The notes under the pieces were generated by a model, which saw nothing but the letters and a program-made list of their open reading frames with translations, ran no database searches and had not been told where the DNA came from. From NCBI RefSeq assembly GCF_009914755.1, contig NC_060945.1: DNA of 64,000 bases, one strand, 5' to 3'. Positions 57,237 through 64,000 of this stretch are shown here, in pieces (positions within the stretch are counted from its first letter, which is position 1; every line of letters begins with the position of its first letter). The position numbers were made by a program, and so were the translations under genes. Origin of the DNA: the human T2T-CHM13v2.0 reference genome, Homo sapiens.

Positions 57237-58127
57237 TCATTCATCTGAGATGCTCCCACTCATCTCTGAAGTAATCCTAAGTTCAAAGTGGAGGAAGGAA
57301 GTAGGTCAGTGATAGTTTGACCCAAAGGGGTAATTTTGAGTCAAAGGGTTTTGATTTTTAGCTCAAAGCCAAGCCATTAATAACAAAGCCAGAACTATGA
57401 CTATCCAAAACAAGAACTCTTCAAATTCTCACTACAACCACCTAACAAACCACACACTGCCTCATTATAAAAGTCTTAAAAACTTTGAAAATTCTAATAA
57501 ACTCCTTGTACTATCAAGTAACTTACTGTAGACAAAATAGAAGATATTTTTTAAAACTTTCCTATAGGATAAACCTAACTCTATCCTTAACACAGTATCT
57601 GTAATATACAGTAATTGTTTAGTTATCAGTAGTTTTAGTAGCTGTCATTTTTGAAAAAATATTTGGATAAATGATGGCTCTAAAAAAAAAAACCGTTCGA
57701 AGTCACTGAAAAAAAGTAGGTATTTCCTTCAAAACCTTCTCACCATATTCTCTAATAGTAAACAAAGGCTTAAAGTTATTCTGTTGGTAAAACTTCAAAA
57801 AGCAGCAACTGAATCAATTTAACTAAGGACTTTAGTCCAGAGAGGATGTCTTGCTCATTGTAAGGTTGACTACAGAGGTCTACTGATTTCAGATCCAATC
57901 CCTGCTTCCTTCTGCTCTCCCCTGGTCACACTACATTCAGGAAATGAAGCAGGAGATGCAGCAGAAGGGTGAGTTAAGACTGGAATTAAAAGTCTGAAGC
58001 CACAGAAGGACCAAAAGATGTGTGTGATGTAAAAATGATTTTACAAAAATATAAAGTAGTCTGTTTGATTTCAAATATGGTTCTTTTAAATAATGGGCCA
58101 CTGAGAAAGCTGAAAAATTAAAATGAT

Positions 58128-59010
<883 letters not shown>

Positions 59011-60134
59011 TTCCACAATCACTCCCCAGTAAACCTCAACAGTGTGAGATCAATTGCCTTGGTCACCTGGTCTCCTGATCATTTCATGAAAAATTAACCA
59101 TCTGTTTACAAATCATTCATCAAATTTCTTGTTCCTGGAGCTATGCTAAAGACACAAATATAATTACAAGTCCTTGCTGGACCCCACTAGACTCTTTAAA
59201 TAAAAATATGTTCCTAGGGTCATCTAGATTCTGGCAATTTCTATTGCAAATTCACCAAATCCCTTGCTTTTGTTACTACCACAGGATAAACACCCTGAAT
59301 TTCCCTTACTGGAATAAAGCCTGTTAAAACTTTTTGCAGGAAAATCTCTAGGACTTTTTAGGTATCAAAAAGCTGAGGAAATGTTGGTACTTTAAAATAA
59401 ATCCTGACCCAGTAAGAACTGGCACTGAGCCTTTTATTTTCTTGCAGTCAGCAAAACTACAAACCTATAAAAATTCAAATAGTAGTTAAGGGGCATGCAT
59501 TTTGAAGTAGTTCCATATGTGGTGAGTCACTTCCAAACTCATGCTTTATACTGAAAACTTTTTTTAACCTGGATATGTAGGCAGAAATCACTTTTAAAAC
59601 CTATCACAGCCATACTATGAAACGAAAAGCAAGTCCATGTGGGAGTTTACTAATTGTTTCCCCTGAAAACTGTTTTCCTGGGGGGAAAAAATGAATATTA
59701 TTATTGACTCCTATGTACCACCTTGCTTTATAGTTCAAACAAATTCAGAAACTGTTTTTCCTAACCCAGTATTGATCTAGATATTTGCAAAAATGAAATG
59801 AAAGACAGGTTAATCATCCAACAAACATAATACACAAGTGTGTATGAGGAGAGGAGAGCTGGAGGAAGTGGAAAGAACTAGGTCAGTAGGTGGCAGATGT
59901 TAAGTGGTTCAAACTTGAAAGGAATCCTAAAAGCATGGACCGAGGTTTGTGGAAACTCTTAAAAGTAAATGAACATAAAAAATAAAAAATAAAAATAAAA
60001 ATGTGTGGAAGAAAGGTTCTAATTAGAAGGACATGGTGATTAAGTAAAACAGTGATCATCCAAAAACCTATTTTCTTTGTTTTGAAAAATACATTAGAAT
60101 TAACAATATTGTCCATAACACATTATCTTTCTAT

Positions 60135-60325
60135 AGCATTACACTGATGCACTTTATGTATTTCCTCATTTATTCTGCATAATATTCTTATGATGTAAGA
60201 TGTATCCTCATCTTACAGATCAAAAAACTGAAGCTCAGGTTAACTGATTTACTAAGAGTATATGTGAAGATGCAGGGCTCAAATATAAATCTTAGGATTC
60301 TAAAGCCATCATTTTCCATACTATT
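60135..60325 (-). mobile_element. MIR
   Basis: ATCCTCATCTTACAGATCAAAAAACTGAAGCTCAGGTTAACTGATTTAC. Confidence 0.7.
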
Positions 60326-60727
60326 CTATTTAACTGTGGCTGTGACAGTAGCTGCTCTTAATGCCTACTCAAGAGGTAAAAGAGAAATATACCCTTTGTT
60401 TTAAATTTTTTTAAAAAAATAACAATTACCTCTGCTTTTTCTGAAGAGAAAACAGGAATCCTTATATCTCAAATAAATGTTTTCTTTTAAAATACAAGTT
60501 TACAAGGTAATAAGTAGTATTCATGTGATAAGTTTATCAGAAACAAGTCTAAATGCCTGAGCCAATTTAAATAGTTCACATTTATTCATTTCATACAATG
60601 TTGCTATAAAAATAAAGTCTGTATAATTCTCATTTTACATTAAAGTAACCAAGATGAAGAGAGGTTATACTAATAAAAGGTTTAAAACTAAGAAAATAGC
60701 TTTCTGTGGTCACCAGACTAAGTTTAA

Positions 60728-61025
<298 letters not shown>

Positions 61026-62574
61026 TGTATATGACTTTCTAACAAATACTGTAATGATGCTATTCATCCTTAATAGAAATCCATGGGAGTATTTAAATAA
61101 TACAATAATGTTAACGATTTCTTATTTTCTGAAATTACTGCGAAAATGGCAAATTAGCAGTAACTCAGTAGAGGAGTATCACTATTAATACAAACTGCAT
61201 GCCCATGTTTTTAAAACACTTACAAAAGTAACTTTAATAACACTCCTTGTGAGGTTATATCCATTTCTATGACAATAAACAGGCTGTCTTTCAGAATTTT
61301 TGTTTGTGATATGAATAAAGCCAGAAGATCAATATTTTTTTAACCTACACTGGAAAAAAATGCTGAATATTTTCTAAACTTTATGCCCTAGATAATAAAG
61401 GGCTGTGTATACTGCCCACATAATCTAGATGGCCAATAAAGTTAACTTCCCAAACCTATTCAGTTGCCAAAAGGGTATCCCAATTGCACATCATATTTTG
61501 TTACAGTAAAGAAGATTGAGAAACTATAATCATTTCCTCCTCCCAAATTCAGTTTCTGCTACTACTCCGTGTCACCAACATCTCAGCATTTAAATACATA
61601 AAACCACAGTCAGCCCAAATGTTCAGGGTCTATGTATGATTACAGAATTCATCTTTGCTTATGCTGCTGATTCTATGAAACTCATTTCCTCCTTTAACCT
61701 TTTACCATTTCTTTCTGTGAACTAAATTTACACCCACTACCCAGATATACATGATCTTCAGATTTTGGGGGTTTTTTTGGAGGGGGGGATATCTCTGAAA
61801 GTCAAACTTATTTCATTCTTAGATACTGTTCTTAGCACGAGAACCATGCCCTAATCAAATAAAAAAAAAAGTCACTATCCCCAATTCAGTCCCATTTAGA
61901 ATCTCCACTAGCCAGGCAGGCTACTTAGCAATATTTAAAAAATACTCTTAAGAAATAGAATTGAAAAGGTTGGGTTTATCTTGAAGAAATTTAGGGAAAT
62001 CTGTGAAATGATTCTTTTTTAAAAATATACTTTACCCCAATGTGAATTAAATATGAAAAACTAAGGATAAATTTTGGGAAGTTAACAAAACTTTTATCTT
62101 TGAAATTGTTACATTCTAAGCAGGTAATTTATTACTTTCACCAAAAGCGTTTGTACTTTCCCTCTTGATGAACAGCAAAGAATATTAAGTCTATAGTAAC
62201 TTATAAGGAAATAATAAGCAAAATTTAAGCAAAATAATAAGCAAAATTTGTTTAGCTAACATATTAAATAAATTTTGCTTATTCAGGTAAGGAACATTAA
62301 AAGAGCATTCTACATATCACAGTAAGTTAAGTCAAAGAAATGTACATATTCAACAAAATAAAGTCTGAGTACTGTCATAATTACCCATATCACACTTTGC
62401 AACCTGTAAATTTCTAACACACATGATATCATTTCAAGTCTTCATACAAAGCACATGAAAAAACTGTTGCACAAATGTAAGTAACTTGCGTAATATAACA
62501 AAGATGAACTTTTATCTTTTTTGATCGTTTCTAAGCTTTAAAATTATATCAGGACACACTCTGGAGTTGTGTTT

Positions 62575-63185
62575 CACCAATACTTTGATTTATCACCCTA
62601 TATGTGGGAGGCATCAAGTTGAGTGCTTTGTAAGTCACAAATTTATAAAAGATACAACCCCCTCCATCTAGAAGTTTATAATTTTGCTGCAGCGATGAAT
62701 GAAACGCTATGAAAAATAAAGGCAGTGTGAATGGCATTCATCAACCACTAGGAGAAAGTAGATGGGAGCACATGTTCCCTTCTGTCCGAGTGATCATACA
62801 AATCACAGGATGGATGGCCTTTTGGTAAAAGAAAACTAGTAGGGTTCAAAAGACATCTGAGCTGAAGATAGCAAAAATAATGTGGCAGAATAAGAAATGT
62901 GCAATTAACATGCTTAAGGAAGGGGCAAACCAAATATTTGATCATGAGATATGCAAGGAACCAGGTAGAAATAGGACTTGTCTTATCTTGTGAGCAAAGG
63001 TCTTTGTTCAGGGTAATAATAATTTTCTGCAGAAAGTTTTACTTTGCTGTGTAGAATGTATTGGGTAATAAAAACTAAAAGGCAAAAGACCAAATAGAAA
63101 GTTACTGCAGTAACTATCTAATAACTATCTAATAATCAGAACGTAATAAAGCCTGAATTTGGAAAATGGCAGTGGAAAGACAAAG
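62575..63185 (-). mobile_element. L2 relic
   Basis: ACCCCCTCCATCTAGAAGTTTATAAT...AAAAGACATCTGAGCTGA...TAATAAAGCCTGAATTTGGAAAATGGCAGTGGA. Confidence 0.5.
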
Positions 63186-64000
63186 AAACCAAAACTCATA
63201 ATTCTTCCTGTTCCAATGAAAATGATTATTGACATAGTCATAATTAGGGTTGACTGCAATCAAATGTTAAATATGTAAAGGTGTAATATAAAACCAAGAA
63301 CCTGCCAACAGACTTTCAGGAAAGACTTTGATCACATTTATCATCTCATATTTATCCTACAATGTAACAAACATTATAATGTCCCCTTTGAATGTATTCT
63401 AGGGTACCATATACCATAACTTGGTATGTCTTTAATTAAATTTTTGTACTATTTTAAAAACATTTATTGTAGTTGACCTAAAAATAAAACTTTGAGAACT
63501 ACAATTAGATACCACCTGTATAAAATGAAAGCCAAACTATACTTCTCTTTCCAAAGAGGAAATTTGGAAAAATTACTTTCCAAAACCTTTTGAGCTCTGC
63601 CTGATCTATACTAAGATACCAAAATATAATGTATGTCTCCTATATTTTACAGAAACAGAAGAAATCTTTTATAAATGTACTTCTCAGACTGATTACCAAC
63701 ATAATTTTATTATCCAAATGAAAAAAACACATATTTATACCTATAAGAAAAATTACCTGACCATAATAATAAACCCTATTTTTTGAAAACTTCATATTTA
63801 CATATTACCTTTCAAAGGGATGTGTATGTCAGTTTGATGAAAAAAACTACTTTCAAATTATTCAAATCATCCAAATGTATTCTTATGCTTATAACTTACA
63901 ATTTTTGTTTTCATTTCCTTTAAATATTCCCTGCCCCAGAAAACCTATAAAGGCAAATTTTCAGAAATAAAAAAAAATGTGTATCTTCTCCATGCATTCA

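Noticed and set aside
59523-59534. AP-1 (TGAGTCA) abutting an ETS core (CACTTCC)
   Set aside because: Single short composite with no supporting cluster; cannot be distinguished from chance.

Overview
Human/primate, AT-rich, CpG-poor, repeat-dense intronic DNA with no credible protein-coding exon. One 123-nt minus-strand exon (39533-39655) has canonical splice sites. I recognise its sequence from memory as an internal non-coding 5'-UTR exon (exon 3) of NRIP1/RIP140 on chr21, which is also part of circNRIP1. On that reading the window lies in the two flanking NRIP1 introns, with the coding exon off the left edge and the upstream exons off the right edge. The rest is about 25 Alu/FLAM/FRAM copies, a near-full-length Tigger1, Tigger2a, MER33, a Charlie-type MITE, MIR/L2 relics, a nested block of old L1 (about 44-52.5 kb), microsatellites and a 25-copy 50-bp VNTR (55983-57236). 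All ORFs in the supplied track look like repeat-derived or random frames. I do not see a demonstrable new biological system. The best leads are: (i) dense nuclear-receptor response-element clusters (28.7 kb, 30.7 kb, 4.6 kb) inside a nuclear-receptor corepressor gene; (ii) the VNTR, which has higher-order structure, a stop-free antisense strand in all three frames and a TEAD-like motif in 24 of 25 units; (iii) a roughly 95-bp micro-inversion between head-to-head Alus, traceable through a displaced target-site duplication; (iv) uORFs in the UTR exon; (v) a possible internal promoter and extra 5'-UTR exon. Gene identity and repeat subfamily calls come from recall, not a database search.
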